Positions 45,297-55,019 of a stretch of 64,000 bases of DNA are shown here, piece by piece (positions within the stretch are counted from its first letter, which is position 1; each line of letters opens with the position of its first letter). The DNA is from Clostridia bacterium (GTDB lineage Bacteria; Bacteroidota; Bacteroidia; Bacteroidales; 4484-276). A program made the position numbers and the translations under genes. The stretch is from assembly GCA_009928785.1 (NCBI GenBank), contig SABY01000005.1, forward strand, positions 779 to 64,778. Direction: 5' to 3'. The notes under the pieces were generated by a model that was not told the DNA's origin, did not search any database, and was given only the letters and a program-made list of their open reading frames with translations.

Positions 45297-45304
45297 TACT
45301 TTTG
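45297..45304 (+). promoter_or_regulatory. -7 box TACTTTTG for sucD
   Basis: Matches TAnnTTTG, 32 nt before the ATG at 45337 and 35 nt after the last heptad unit. Confidence 0.5.
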
Positions 45305-45336
45305 CCCAAATTTTAAAAATTAAAAAATAAATCATC

Positions 45337-46209
45337 ATGAGTGTTTTGGTAGATAAGAATTCAAGGGTAGTAGTGCAGGGTTTTACCGGTAGCGAAGGGA
45401 CTTTTCACGCACAGCAAATGATCGAGTATGGCACCTGGGTGGTGGGTGGGGTTACGCCCGGCAAAGGCGGCCAATCGCACCTCGACCGGCCTGTTTTTAA
45501 TACTGTGCGCGAGGCTGTGGAGCAGGAAGGTGCCAACGTGTCGGTGATTTTTGTGCCACCGGCTTTTGCCGCTGATGCTATTATGGAAGCTGCCGATGCC
45601 GGAATTGGGGTGGTCATCTGCATCACCGAAGGCATTCCCACCAAAGACATGATGATGGTAAAGGAATTTTTGAAAGATAAAAAAACGCGCCTGGTCGGCC
45701 CCAACTGTCCGGGTGTAATCACACCGGGCGAAGCCAAAGTTGGTATCATGCCTGGTTTTATTCACAAACCCGGACGTGTGGGTATTGTGTCCCGCTCAGG
45801 AACGCTTACCTACGAAGCTGTCGATCAGCTCACCAAAGCCGGTCTGGGGCAAACTACTGCCATAGGCATTGGTGGCGACCCGATAATTGGTACTACTACC
45901 CGCGACGCCATCGAGCTGCTGATGAATGATCCGAAAACTGAAGGTATTGTGATGATTGGTGAAATTGGCGGAACCATGGAAGCCGACGCTGCTGAATACG
46001 TGAAGGCCAACAACCACAAGCCCGTGGTAGGTTTTATTGCCGGCGCTACTGCTCCCAAAGGCCGCACCATGGGACATGCCGGAGCTATTATCGGCGGAAA
46101 AGACGATACCGCCGAAGCCAAGAAAAAAATTATGCGCGAATGCGGCATCCACGTCGTTGACTCGCCCGCAGATATTGGCAAAAAAATGTCAGAACTGCTC
46201 AAAGCCTGA
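45337..46209 (+). CDS. sucD: Succinate-CoA ligase subunit alpha
   Basis: [33 protein letters not shown], the phospho-His context GHAGAII, and IGIGGDP. Confidence 0.95.
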   Translation: MSVLVDKNSRVVVQGFTGSEGTFHAQQMIEYGTWVVGGVTPGKGGQSHLDRPVFNTVREAVEQEGANVSVIFVPPAFAADAIMEAADAGIGVVICITEGIPTKDMMMVKEFLKDKKTRLVGPNCPGVITPGEAKVGIMPGFIHKPGRVGIVSRSGTLTYEAVDQLTKAGLGQTTAIGIGGDPIIGTTTRDAIELLMNDPKTEGIVMIGEIGGTMEADAAEYVKANNHKPVVGFIAGATAPKGRTMGHAGAIIGGKDDTAEAKKKIMRECGIHVVDSPADIGKKMSELLKA

Positions 46210-46257
46210 TCCGCCCCTTTACAGGAAAATCAGATTTAAACCATAAGGAAATACCAA

Positions 46258-46287
46258 ACGGTTGGCTTGCAAGTCAGCCGTTTTTTG
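46258..46287 (+). terminator. Intrinsic terminator after sucD
   Basis: ACGGTTGG-CTTGCAAG-TCAGCCGT (8 bp, 2 G-U) followed by TTTTTTG. It lies inside the 5' extension of the ORF-track valS ORF. Confidence 0.55.
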
Positions 46288-46305
46288 TTGCAAAGCCAAA
46301 TTATT

Positions 46306-46313
46306 TACTTTTG
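46306..46313 (+). promoter_or_regulatory. -7 box TACTTTTG for valS
   Basis: Matches TAnnTTTG, 31 nt before the ATG at 46345. Confidence 0.5.
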
Positions 46314-46344
46314 CACCTCTTTTTTATTTATCAATTCTTACGCA

Positions 46345-48984
46345 ATGCAGATTCCTTCAAAATACGATCCGTCGCTTACCGAAGATAAGTGGTACCAATG
46401 CTGGATGGACAAAGGCTTTTTCAGGTCGCAACCCGACCACCGGGAGCCTTTCTGTATCGTCATTCCGCCGCCCAACGTAACCGGTGTGCTGCACATGGGC
46501 CACATCCTCAACAATACTTTGCAGGATGTACTGATACGTCGCGCGCGCATGCAAGGCAAAAATGCTTTGTGGCTGCCCGGCACCGATCATGCCTCTATTG
46601 CCACCGAAGCCAAAGTGGTGGCGCATCTTAAAGACAAAGGAATCGACAAGAAAAACCTGAGCCGCAGCGAGTTTCTCGAACATGCCTGGGAATGGAAGGA
46701 AAAACATGGCGGCATCATCCTCGAACAGCTCAAAAAGCTCGGTGCTTCATGCGATTGGGAACGCACCCGTTTCACCATGGACGAAAGCATGTACGAGTCG
46801 GTGATTGATGTCTTTATCGATTTGTACAACAAAGGATTGATTTATCGCGGCGTACGGATGGTCAACTGGGACCCCGCGGCCCTCACAGCTCTCTCCGATG
46901 AGGAGGTGGTGTATCAGGAAGAAGACTCAAAACTTTATTACGTAAGGTATCAGGTAGAAAACGAAAATGATCAGTGGGTAACCATAGCAACCACGCGGCC
47001 GGAAACAATTTTGGGCGATACGGCGGTGTGCGTTAATCCTAACGACAAACGCTTTGTGTCGCTGAGTGGGAAGCGCGTGCTGGTGCCACTCATCAACCGC
47101 TCTGTGCCCATCATCCAGGATGAATACGTTGACATGGAATTTGGCACCGGTTGCCTTAAGATTACTCCGGCACACGACATCAACGATTATGAAATTGGCA
47201 TTCGCCACAAGCTCGATACCATCGACATTTTCAACGACAACGGCACCCTCAACGAGGCGGCTCAGTTGTATGTTGGCGAAGACCGCGACGACGTGCGTCG
47301 TAAGATTGTAAAAGACCTCGAGGCCGCCGGCAATCTTGTGAAAGTAGAAGATTATCAAAATAAGGTTGGATACTCTGAACGCACACATGTGGCCATAGAG
47401 CCGAAGCTTTCGCTGCAATGGTTTCTCAAAATGGCAGAGCTGGCCGGCCCGGCACTCGATGTGGTGATGGACGATACCATAGCCTTTCATCCAAAGAAAT
47501 TTAAAAATACCTACCGCCACTGGATGGAAAATGTCCGCGACTGGTGCATTTCGCGCCAACTGTGGTGGGGCCAACGCATTCCGGTTTATTATCTGCCCAA
47601 CCGCGAAATGGTGGTGGCTAAATCGGCGAAAGAAGCGCTGCAAAAGGCGCGCGCACAATATCCCGAACTCGTGAATCTTACCATCGAAGATGTAAAACAA
47701 GACGAAGATGTGCTCGACACCTGGTTTTCGTCGTGGCTGTGGCCAATATCTGTTTTCGACGGAATTCGTCATCCCGACAACGCCGACATCAAATACTATT
47801 ATCCTACCAACGATTTGATCACTGCGCCGGAAATTTTGTTTTTCTGGGTGGCGCGCATGATTATGGCGGGGCTGGAATACCGCGGCGAGATACCTTTCAA
47901 AAATGTTTATCTCACCGGAATTGTTCGCGACAAGCAAGGACGCAAAATGTCTAAGTCGTTGGGCAACTCGCCCGATCCGGTAGAAATGATGAAACAATAC
48001 GGCGCCGACGGAACACGTGTGGGAATGCTGTTCACTTCGCCGGCAGGCAATGATTTGCCTTTTGATATTTCCCTTTGCGAACAGGGACGTAATTTTAGCA
48101 ACAAAATATGGAATGCACTGCGATTGGTGAAAGGGTGGGAAATAGACAGCAATTTGCCGCAGCCCGAAAACAGTGCCGTTGCCGCCGATTGGTTCGAGGC
48201 GCAATTTAATGATGCACTCAAAATTATTGATGAGCATTATGATAAATACCGCATTTCGGATGCACTCATGGCCACCTACAAACTTGTCTGGGACGACTTC
48301 TGTTCGTGGTATCTCGAGATGATAAAGCCGGCGTATCAGCAGCCCGTCGATGCCGTTACTTACGCGCGAACCATTGCCATTTTCGAAAATCTTATGAAGG
48401 TGCTCCACCCGTTTATGCCATTTCTTACCGAAGAGATTTGGCATCTGCTGGCCGACCGCGACGCAAACGATTGCATCATTGTGGCTCCCTGGCCGGAGCG
48501 TCAACGCATTCATCACAAAATCCTCGAGCAATTCGACTTTGCCAAAGAGGTGGTGAATGCTGCCCGAAACGTACGCGCTGCCCGCAACATTCCACAAAAA
48601 GAAGCCCTCGATTTTTATATCAAAAAAAATCTCGATCAGCAGCCCGACACTACTTTTGATGGATTGATTGCCAAGTTATGCAATTTGCGAAAGCTCGAAT
48701 ATGTGGACGAAAAAGTGGATAATGCGCTCTCGTTTGTTGTACGTTCAACGGAGTTTTATATTCCGCTCACCGAAACCGTGGATGTGGAAGCCGAAATTAA
48801 GAAGTTGCGCGACGAGCTTACCTACACGCAGGGTTTTCACAATTCGGTGATGAAAAAACTCGCTAACGAGCGTTTCGTAAATAATGCTCCGGAGGCTGTG
48901 GTTGTTAGTGAGCGCAAGAAGCTCTCGGATGCTGAGAATAAAATAAAGGTGATAACTGATCAGATAGCTGCGCTGCAAGGATAA
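46345..48984 (+). CDS. valS: Valine-tRNA ligase
   Basis: [13 protein letters not shown] (HIGH), KMSKSLGN (KMSKS), and a C-terminal coiled coil. Start at MQIPSKYDP. Confidence 0.95.
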   Translation: MQIPSKYDPSLTEDKWYQCWMDKGFFRSQPDHREPFCIVIPPPNVTGVLHMGHILNNTLQDVLIRRARMQGKNALWLPGTDHASIATEAKVVAHLKDKGIDKKNLSRSEFLEHAWEWKEKHGGIILEQLKKLGASCDWERTRFTMDESMYESVIDVFIDLYNKGLIYRGVRMVNWDPAALTALSDEEVVYQEEDSKLYYVRYQVENENDQWVTIATTRPETILGDTAVCVNPNDKRFVSLSGKRVLVPLINRSVPIIQDEYVDMEFGTGCLKITPAHDINDYEIGIRHKLDTIDIFNDNGTLNEAAQLYVGEDRDDVRRKIVKDLEAAGNLVKVEDYQNKVGYSERTHVAIEPKLSLQWFLKMAELAGPALDVVMDDTIAFHPKKFKNTYRHWMENVRDWCISRQLWWGQRIPVYYLPNREMVVAKSAKEALQKARAQYPELVNLTIEDVKQDEDVLDTWFSSWLWPISVFDGIRHPDNADIKYYYPTNDLITAPEILFFWVARMIMAGLEYRGEIPFKNVYLTGIVRDKQGRKMSKSLGNSPDPVEMMKQYGADGTRVGMLFTSPAGNDLPFDISLCEQGRNFSNKIWNALRLVKGWEIDSNLPQPENSAVAADWFEAQFNDALKIIDEHYDKYRISDALMATYKLVWDDFCSWYLEMIKPAYQQPVDAVTYARTIAIFENLMKVLHPFMPFLTEEIWHLLADRDANDCIIVAPWPERQRIHHKILEQFDFAKEVVNAARNVRAARNIPQKEALDFYIKKNLDQQPDTTFDGLIAKLCNLRKLEYVDEKVDNALSFVVRSTEFYIPLTETVDVEAEIKKLRDELTYTQGFHNSVMKKLANERFVNNAPEAVVVSERKKLSDAENKIKVITDQIAALQG

Positions 48985-49042
48985 GGTGAAATCCCAGAAT
49001 TCATTAAAGCGAAATTCAAAAAAAACACTATAGCTAAAATTC

Positions 49043-49075
49043 AAAATTCCAAACCCTCGTGCTTGGAATTTTTTG
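49043..49075 (+). terminator. Intrinsic terminator after valS (AAATTCCAA/TTGGAATTT type)
   Basis: 9-bp stem AAATTCCAA-10 nt-TTGGAATTT followed by TTTTG. Confidence 0.55.
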
Positions 49076-49105
49076 TTTGTAGCTTGATTTAGTGGCTTTT
49101 TACTT

Positions 49106-49762
49106 TTATTCCGAAAATACGTATTGCAAAATGTTGGCACCCATTTTCAGCGCTTTCATGCGGGTTTCTTCCGAATCTTTGTGCACATCGTAGTCTTCCC
49201 ATCCATCGCCAAGATCGGCTTGGTAAGTATAATAACAAACCAGGCGCCCTTCCCATATCAGCCCAAATCCCTGAGCAGGTTTGCCATCGTGCTCATGAAT
49301 TTTGGGAGGGCCGTTGGTAAAATTAAATTTTTGGTGATAAATAGGATGATCGAAAGGTAACTCGACGAAATCAAGCTCCGGAAAAACTTTTTTCATCTGC
49401 GGACGGATAAACTTATCCAAACCATAATTGTCGTCGATATGCAAAAAACCGCCTGCCAACAGGTACTCGCGAAGATTGCTTGCCTCTTGTGTGGAAAAAA
49501 CAACGTTGCCATGTCCGGTAAGATGAACAAAGGGATAGTTGAAAATGTCGGTGCTGCCCACTTCCACAGTAGCTGGTTCTTCGTTGATGGTAGAGCGCAA
49601 TTGTGCATTGGTAAAGGTTATCAGATTGGGAAGTGAGGTAGGATTGGCATACCAATCGCCACCACCATTATACTTTAAAAGAGCTATTTGCACACCACCC
49701 TTCGGAAGGGCGGCTGCCATCAAAAGCACAGCAATTACAGAAAAGGCCAATATTTTTTTCAT
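49106..49762 (-). CDS. DUF4159-type secreted protein
   Basis: Signal peptide followed by LLKYNGGGDWYANPTSLPNLI and HLTGHGNVVFS. Confidence 0.7.
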   Translation of the reverse strand: MKKILAFSVIAVLLMAAALPKGGVQIALLKYNGGGDWYANPTSLPNLITFTNAQLRSTINEEPATVEVGSTDIFNYPFVHLTGHGNVVFSTQEASNLREYLLAGGFLHIDDNYGLDKFIRPQMKKVFPELDFVELPFDHPIYHQKFNFTNGPPKIHEHDGKPAQGFGLIWEGRLVCYYTYQADLGDGWEDYDVHKDSEETRMKALKMGANILQYVFSE

Positions 49763-49770
49763 AAATAATC

Positions 49771-50475
49771 TTATTGATTTTTCAACGCTAACGTGTGGCA
49801 GGCCACCAGCGCTGCTGTTTCCGTTCTTAAACGGTTTTCGCCCAAACTTATTGGTTCAAATCGCTGATGTAGTGCCAGAGTAATTTCATTGTTGCTAAAG
49901 TCGCCCTCCGGACCTATTAGCACAACGATTTCCTTGCCTGGCTCCGCTGCATCGTAAAGTAGCCGGTGAGGCTGATCACTTACATAGGCAATCAGCTTTT
50001 GTGCGGCATCTTTTTGCGAGTTGACGAACTCATCAAAAGGCGTAAGTTCATTGAGTACCGGTAGCCACGTTTGTTGCGACTGCTTGATGGCAGCAACGAG
50101 GATTTTGTGGAGGCGTTCGGGATTTATTCTGATGCGCTCCGAATGCCGGCATTGTAGTGGTGTGATGTTGCCGATGCCAATCTCAGTGGCTTTTTCGAGA
50201 AACCACTCAAAACGTGCTATGTTTTTGGTGGGGGCTACGGCAAGGTGATTGCGTCGGTGGGGAGGTGCCTTTATAAACTGCTTTTCGATAACTTCAAAAT
50301 GACACGCGCGGGGATTGTTATCCACGAGCTTACATGTAAATCGCTGGCCATTGCCGTCGGTGAAGATTACACGCTCATCAGGCAGCAACCTCAATACACG
50401 GCTGATATGCCGCGACTCCTCTGCGTCGGTGGTAAAATGTTCGCCGGCAATTTCCGTCAGGTAAAACCAATGCAT
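49771..50475 (-). CDS. rsmE: 16S rRNA (uracil1498-N3)-methyltransferase
   Basis: 234 aa with an N-terminal PUA-like region (EESRHISRVLRL) and a C-terminal SPOUT motif LIGPEGDFS..E. Confidence 0.85.
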   Translation of the reverse strand: MHWFYLTEIAGEHFTTDAEESRHISRVLRLLPDERVIFTDGNGQRFTCKLVDNNPRACHFEVIEKQFIKAPPHRRNHLAVAPTKNIARFEWFLEKATEIGIGNITPLQCRHSERIRINPERLHKILVAAIKQSQQTWLPVLNELTPFDEFVNSQKDAAQKLIAYVSDQPHRLLYDAAEPGKEIVVLIGPEGDFSNNEITLALHQRFEPISLGENRLRTETAALVACHTLALKNQ

Positions 50476-50506
50476 CTCCTTATTCCTTATTATTAATATG
50501 GTAAAA

Positions 50507-50543
50507 CAAAAAAACCTGCTCCGGTTACAGAGCAGGTTTTTTG
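50507..50543 (-). terminator. Bidirectional-looking terminator after the 1289-aa T9SS gene
   Basis: AAAAAAA-CCTGCTC-8 nt-GAGCAGG-TTTTTT. Confidence 0.6.
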
Positions 50544-50559
50544 ATAAACTGTGAGATCA

Positions 50560-53500
50560 CTATTCGAGAATAATTTTCTGAATACGTGTAGATTCTTCAT
50601 TGACAAGCTGCACAAAGTAAATTCCTTTGGGCTGTGTCGAAAGATTGATGGTAGTGCTTTGGGCAATAACACCGCGATAGATTACCTGTCCTTTTACGTT
50701 GGTGATGGTGAGGGTAGCATCTTTATCGAGGCCTTTTATTGTCAGTTGGCCAGAGGTTGGGTTAGGATAAATGGCTACCGATTCCAGCGTGTTTTCACCA
50801 ATAGCTACAGGGCTTAGCTTCATGTTGTTGATCATCGACATGCCTTCAATGGCAAACAACCCGTTGTAGTTGGGCATTGCCGTGCTGTACGTAACGCTGG
50901 CAACAAATTCCTGTTCGGTCGAAGGGCGATACAAGCGATAGCTCATTAGTTCACCTTCAACCATTCCATTTACTAGTTTGGGTGTTAAAACCATTTCGTC
51001 ACCAAAAGCTATCAGCAGGATGTTATTGTCATAGCTCGTTACTTCTGCAAAACCAACGCAGATTCCTTCTGTATTGAAAACTCCAATTTGATCACCAATC
51101 TCAAGAGTTTCAAGCACTGTGTTCTGAATGGATATAAAATGAGGAATGCTGGTATTTTCTACATCGTTCCAGGCAATGTTTTCACCTTTGTATGGCTTGG
51201 TTACAACCGAAGATTTGGCTGATTTTGCAAATGGAGGATAAGTATAAGTGTCGGCGTTGTACATATTGAGCAAGTATGCCTCATCAGGCAGCAGGTTGGT
51301 AAGTGAGAAAACGCTTCCCCCTGGCCAGTATATATCGCCTGAGTGCATGTTGTACACGAATAACAGATTAGCACCTACTTCGGTTGCAAAATCTAAAGTA
51401 GCCACCTCGTAGGGTACCCTTACCGGAAGATAACTGGAACCTTTGGGAATATTTACAGTTTTATTGGCTGTTTCGGTACCTGTAACAATACAGCTATCTT
51501 TTGCTATCATTTTCGATTTGTAGCCTAAAATAGGAGTGATGTTACCAATGGTGTTGATGTTTTCCGGAGCCCACCAGATACCATAAGGTTGCTGACGGAT
51601 GGTGATAATCATGTTATCCGCAACACCTTCTAATACATCGACAATAGCAGCGCTTGGTGCGGGTTCCATGTAGATGGAAATGCCACTCCAGTTTTCCTGA
51701 ATGGTCAAACATTGCACCTGCGTTATCTCAATGTTGATATTGCCAAATTCACCATTTTCGCCACCAACGGCAATGTAATAGGTACCGGCGCTCAGGTCGC
51801 AGAAACCAGCGGCTGCTGCATCATTGTTACAGCCATCCTCGGCATAGTCGATAGCTCCATCAGGAATCACGGCAGGGAAGATGGGTGCGTTATCGCAATC
51901 ATCATACAAAGCAACGAAGGTGTTAAAATCAGAACCGCACGTGGATACAAAAATGTCCATGTCGGTGAGAAGGCTCACAGTGAACCAATGCAATTGTCCT
52001 TCAACGAAAGTTTCTGCATTCAAAGCGGGATCGTTGGGAGCGCCGTAATCAGTAGCATCAAAGCATCCGCTTACAACCTCTACACAAACTGTATCCGAAG
52101 GGGCGGATTCTGTTCCGTCGGGCATAATCTGCGTTACATAGTAGCACCAGTTGCCATCATGGATTACGTCAAACATCTTTGTTTCGGGAGTGCCTTTGAG
52201 TAGCCAGATAAATTCGTATCCCGGAGCTCCGTTGTCGAGCATGCGGTAAACATTGAAGGTTGGAACATAAGCGCCACCATCTTCATAGATAGTAACGTAG
52301 CCATCAAAACTATCCGGGCCGCCTGTAAAGCCATCTCCCATAAAATAATACTCAGCTACCTGAGGGCCGGCAATGGCTCCGGTATTTACGGTTATCGTGA
52401 AGTTGATAAAGTGGAAAGGAACTCCATTCACCCAAAAATATTCAGGAGCAGCATCCCATGATACTTTTTGGCCATCGATAACAGCAATAACGTCGTTACC
52501 TGTCGATTCCGGAAAAACTGAAGCATTTACCGGTGTGATACCGGCGGGTAGGATAATTTCGAAATATCGGCCAAAATCCTGGTCTCCGAATGGATCTTCC
52601 GGTGCATAAGCAGTAAGCGTAAACTCCAATGCAGTAGTGGAAGAAGGAACGTAGTCGTTGTTACTTTCTACTTCGCCCATTACGATGTCGGTGCCTTTCT
52701 CTTTTTTCTTTGCAGCCGCTGTCCAGTCCAGCTCAACATAGCCATAGGCAGGGTCTGACGCTGCGGTGAGTGTCGGGCGGTCGTTGTTCAGTTCAAAATC
52801 CTGATTGGTAGTGTTGCCGTCAGTTACAACCACACCCGTTGCTGTTGAAGTAGAATACCCAACGGCAAATCCGCTTGCGGTAACATCATAAGTTCCGGCT
52901 GGAATATCGAATGAATAATTTCCGGCAACATCGGTGGTGGTGCTGAAAACATCAGCCGAAACAGTTACGCCTTCGATACCGGTGATACCGTCGGTGACCA
53001 CGCCACTAATGGCTCCTACAGCGTTGGCATCAACAACAAATCCAGCCTGGTAATTGTAACCGAGGCATGGATTTCCGAAATAGGAGGTCGGGGCAATCAT
53101 GAAATAATAAGTACCTGCGGGCAGGTTCATAAATTCGATAGAATCTTTCAAACAAGCAGGAAGGCTTTTGTAATGTGTAAAATAATTCCCTAAGTTTTCG
53201 CATCCGGGTACTCCCAATTCAGCTTGCGTCACCAGGCCAAATGTAGTAGTTTCCTCGGCAATAACTGATAGCTTTATGTTGCTGATAGCCCCGATGGTGA
53301 TTTCAAACCAGTCGGTATCGCGGGTGCCACCGTTGGCAGAGAGGTTGCCAAAAATCACATCACCGTCAGCCACGTTTACGAAAGCCGGTGGATCGATGTT
53401 ACATCCGTCATTATCAAAAGCGCCACAGGCTTCACCTTCGGGTGTTCCAACAGCGGGTAAGGTGCAGGTGGTTTCTTCGTAAATGCTTAAGAAACCTTCG

Positions 53501-54429
53501 CCGCTTTCTGAAGCAAATCCCGCTATCCTGACAAAATATTCTGTACCGGTAACAACAGACCACGTAACTTTGGATTGTGTTCCACAAAAATCATCATTGC
53601 TAGCAAGTAAAGTACCGTTGCAGGCATCATAAATTTCCAGGTAAGTATCGAAGTCGCTGTCACAAACATCTGCACTTGCATTTCCGGTGAATGTGGCTGT
53701 ATAGCTGTACCAGATGTCATACTTACCATCTCCGGGCCAGATGCTTTGCGTAGCTTCTACTGTTGAATAATAGAGGCCATTCACTTCGCCAACTGCTTTT
53801 GCATTGAGGCAGTCGTCGTTAGGCACTACCGTAGTAGGCGCAATGTTCAGATCGAAACTGGGGATGGAAAAACTTTTGGCGTTTGGCCAACTGTCGATGA
53901 TAAGATAATAGGTGCCGGCTTCAAGCGCGATGCTAAAACCATGCACCAGACCATCGCCGTAAGTGTCGGTGCTAACGGCAAGACACGTGGCTGTTGGGTT
54001 ATCGTAGCACTGCTCATTGAGCGCCATGCCTGAATAGGTTGTGCCATCAGGATCGATGGTGAAGGTGAGAGTGGTATCGAAAGCCAGATTAAGCTCCAGA
54101 ATCATGTCTTCACCGCCATCGAAATCGTTAAGGCAGGTATTGTCGTAATTGTTGCCTCTGCCGGTAGTGGTTTCACCTAAAAGGCTAACAGGTAAGTCAC
54201 CACCACTGGTGATGTTGATAACCACCGGCGTGACGCAGTCGTCACCTATAGCTTTGGAGCCTCCGGGGGCAAGAGGAACTTGTGCAGTGGGGCCGTGCAT
54301 TTGGCGAATCAGCTCAAGCTTGTCAGGAGCGGTATTACTTGTTTGATTATCAGGTAACCTCTGAGCAGTTAGCGAGACTGAAAAACCAATCACGAGTGCC
54401 AAAAGACAAAATTTAGTAAACGTTTTCAT
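50560..54429 (-). CDS. Very large T9SS cargo protein (multi-domain, CarboxypepD_reg-like and pre-peptidase-C-like modules)
   Basis: Signal peptide MKTFTKFCLLALVIGFSVSLTAQ. A carboxypeptidase-regulatory-like stretch ISGVVTDGITGIEGVTVSA...DVAGNYSFDIPAGTYDV. C-terminal CTD IYPNPTSGQLTIKGL...GIYFVQLVNE. Confidence 0.8.
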   Translation of the reverse strand: MKTFTKFCLLALVIGFSVSLTAQRLPDNQTSNTAPDKLELIRQMHGPTAQVPLAPGGSKAIGDDCVTPVVINITSGGDLPVSLLGETTTGRGNNYDNTCLNDFDGGEDMILELNLAFDTTLTFTIDPDGTTYSGMALNEQCYDNPTATCLAVSTDTYGDGLVHGFSIALEAGTYYLIIDSWPNAKSFSIPSFDLNIAPTTVVPNDDCLNAKAVGEVNGLYYSTVEATQSIWPGDGKYDIWYSYTATFTGNASADVCDSDFDTYLEIYDACNGTLLASNDDFCGTQSKVTWSVVTGTEYFVRIAGFASESGEGFLSIYEETTCTLPAVGTPEGEACGAFDNDGCNIDPPAFVNVADGDVIFGNLSANGGTRDTDWFEITIGAISNIKLSVIAEETTTFGLVTQAELGVPGCENLGNYFTHYKSLPACLKDSIEFMNLPAGTYYFMIAPTSYFGNPCLGYNYQAGFVVDANAVGAISGVVTDGITGIEGVTVSADVFSTTTDVAGNYSFDIPAGTYDVTASGFAVGYSTSTATGVVVTDGNTTNQDFELNNDRPTLTAASDPAYGYVELDWTAAAKKKEKGTDIVMGEVESNNDYVPSSTTALEFTLTAYAPEDPFGDQDFGRYFEIILPAGITPVNASVFPESTGNDVIAVIDGQKVSWDAAPEYFWVNGVPFHFINFTITVNTGAIAGPQVAEYYFMGDGFTGGPDSFDGYVTIYEDGGAYVPTFNVYRMLDNGAPGYEFIWLLKGTPETKMFDVIHDGNWCYYVTQIMPDGTESAPSDTVCVEVVSGCFDATDYGAPNDPALNAETFVEGQLHWFTVSLLTDMDIFVSTCGSDFNTFVALYDDCDNAPIFPAVIPDGAIDYAEDGCNNDAAAAGFCDLSAGTYYIAVGGENGEFGNINIEITQVQCLTIQENWSGISIYMEPAPSAAIVDVLEGVADNMIITIRQQPYGIWWAPENINTIGNITPILGYKSKMIAKDSCIVTGTETANKTVNIPKGSSYLPVRVPYEVATLDFATEVGANLLFVYNMHSGDIYWPGGSVFSLTNLLPDEAYLLNMYNADTYTYPPFAKSAKSSVVTKPYKGENIAWNDVENTSIPHFISIQNTVLETLEIGDQIGVFNTEGICVGFAEVTSYDNNILLIAFGDEMVLTPKLVNGMVEGELMSYRLYRPSTEQEFVASVTYSTAMPNYNGLFAIEGMSMINNMKLSPVAIGENTLESVAIYPNPTSGQLTIKGLDKDATLTITNVKGQVIYRGVIAQSTTINLSTQPKGIYFVQLVNEESTRIQKIILE

Positions 54430-54845
54430 AATGATCTCAGTTTAAATGAATATTTGATTTATTGCTATTTTCTTACGTTTGATGCTTCTTACTTCTTAGG
54501 GAAATCAACTGCAATTATAAATATTAATATCCAAAGCGCAAACGGATTTTTTTTCTCCGTCAGTTGTGATTTCTCAAAGTTAATTCTAAAGCATTTATTT
54601 TTAAACACATAACCTATGATGCAGTAATTTCCTGGAATCGTTTCTTAACAAAGATTAACGCACTGTCTTCTTCACATTTGTCAATACCAAGAGTTGCAAA
54701 AATACACAAATCTTTACCAGGAAGCATTTTCTTCAATAAAAACAACCATTTCTGTTAATAGTTTTTATCAACAACTTATAAACATATGCCAGCAGCAAAG
54801 TCAATCGGGTAGCTGCCGCTGATTGCTAAAAAGAAGAGCGTCTGT

Positions 54846-54971
54846 CTAAACCTCCTCGCCGTCTTCGGCTAACTTTTTATTTAGTTTTTTCAGGTTATAT
54901 TTTACCAGCCAGTAGGACACCAGAATAGCTGCCGGCCAGAGTAAGAGATGTATGATTTCGCTTAAATACAT
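54846..54971 (-). CDS. Unlisted 41-aa single-TM ORF downstream of cydB
   Basis: MYLSEIIHLLLWPAAILVSYWLVKYNLKKLNKKLAEDGEEV, with ATG at 54971 and TAG at 54846-54848. It lies 48 nt after the cydB stop on the same strand. The position is reminiscent of CydX-type accessory subunits, but no sequence similarity is asserted. Confidence 0.4.
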   Translation of the reverse strand: MYLSEIIHLLLWPAAILVSYWLVKYNLKKLNKKLAEDGEEV

Positions 54972-55019
54972 ATTATTCTTTTTTATTATGAAACATAATG
55001 AGTTTAAAATCAATGAATT

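Noticed and set aside
44898-45338. ORFs of 130 and 111 aa (plus strand) and 69 and 67 aa (minus strand) with SSQQPAA / NNKQQTT low-complexity translations.
   Set aside because: They overlie strict 7-bp tandem repeats. A period of 7 cannot encode a stable peptide repeat, and several frames are open simultaneously.
46927-48597. Very long antisense ORFs: 556 aa opposite valS, and also 27650-28978 (442 aa, opposite dxs), 36786-38189 (467 aa, opposite GH13), 25116-26099 (327 aa, opposite sufS), 17851-18747 (opposite the TPR gene) and 22169-22933 (opposite mazG).
   Set aside because: Each lies fully inside a gene with unmistakable conserved motifs on the other strand. Their translations have no recognisable motifs and are rich in V/F/G/H from codon complementarity. 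They are shadow ORFs.
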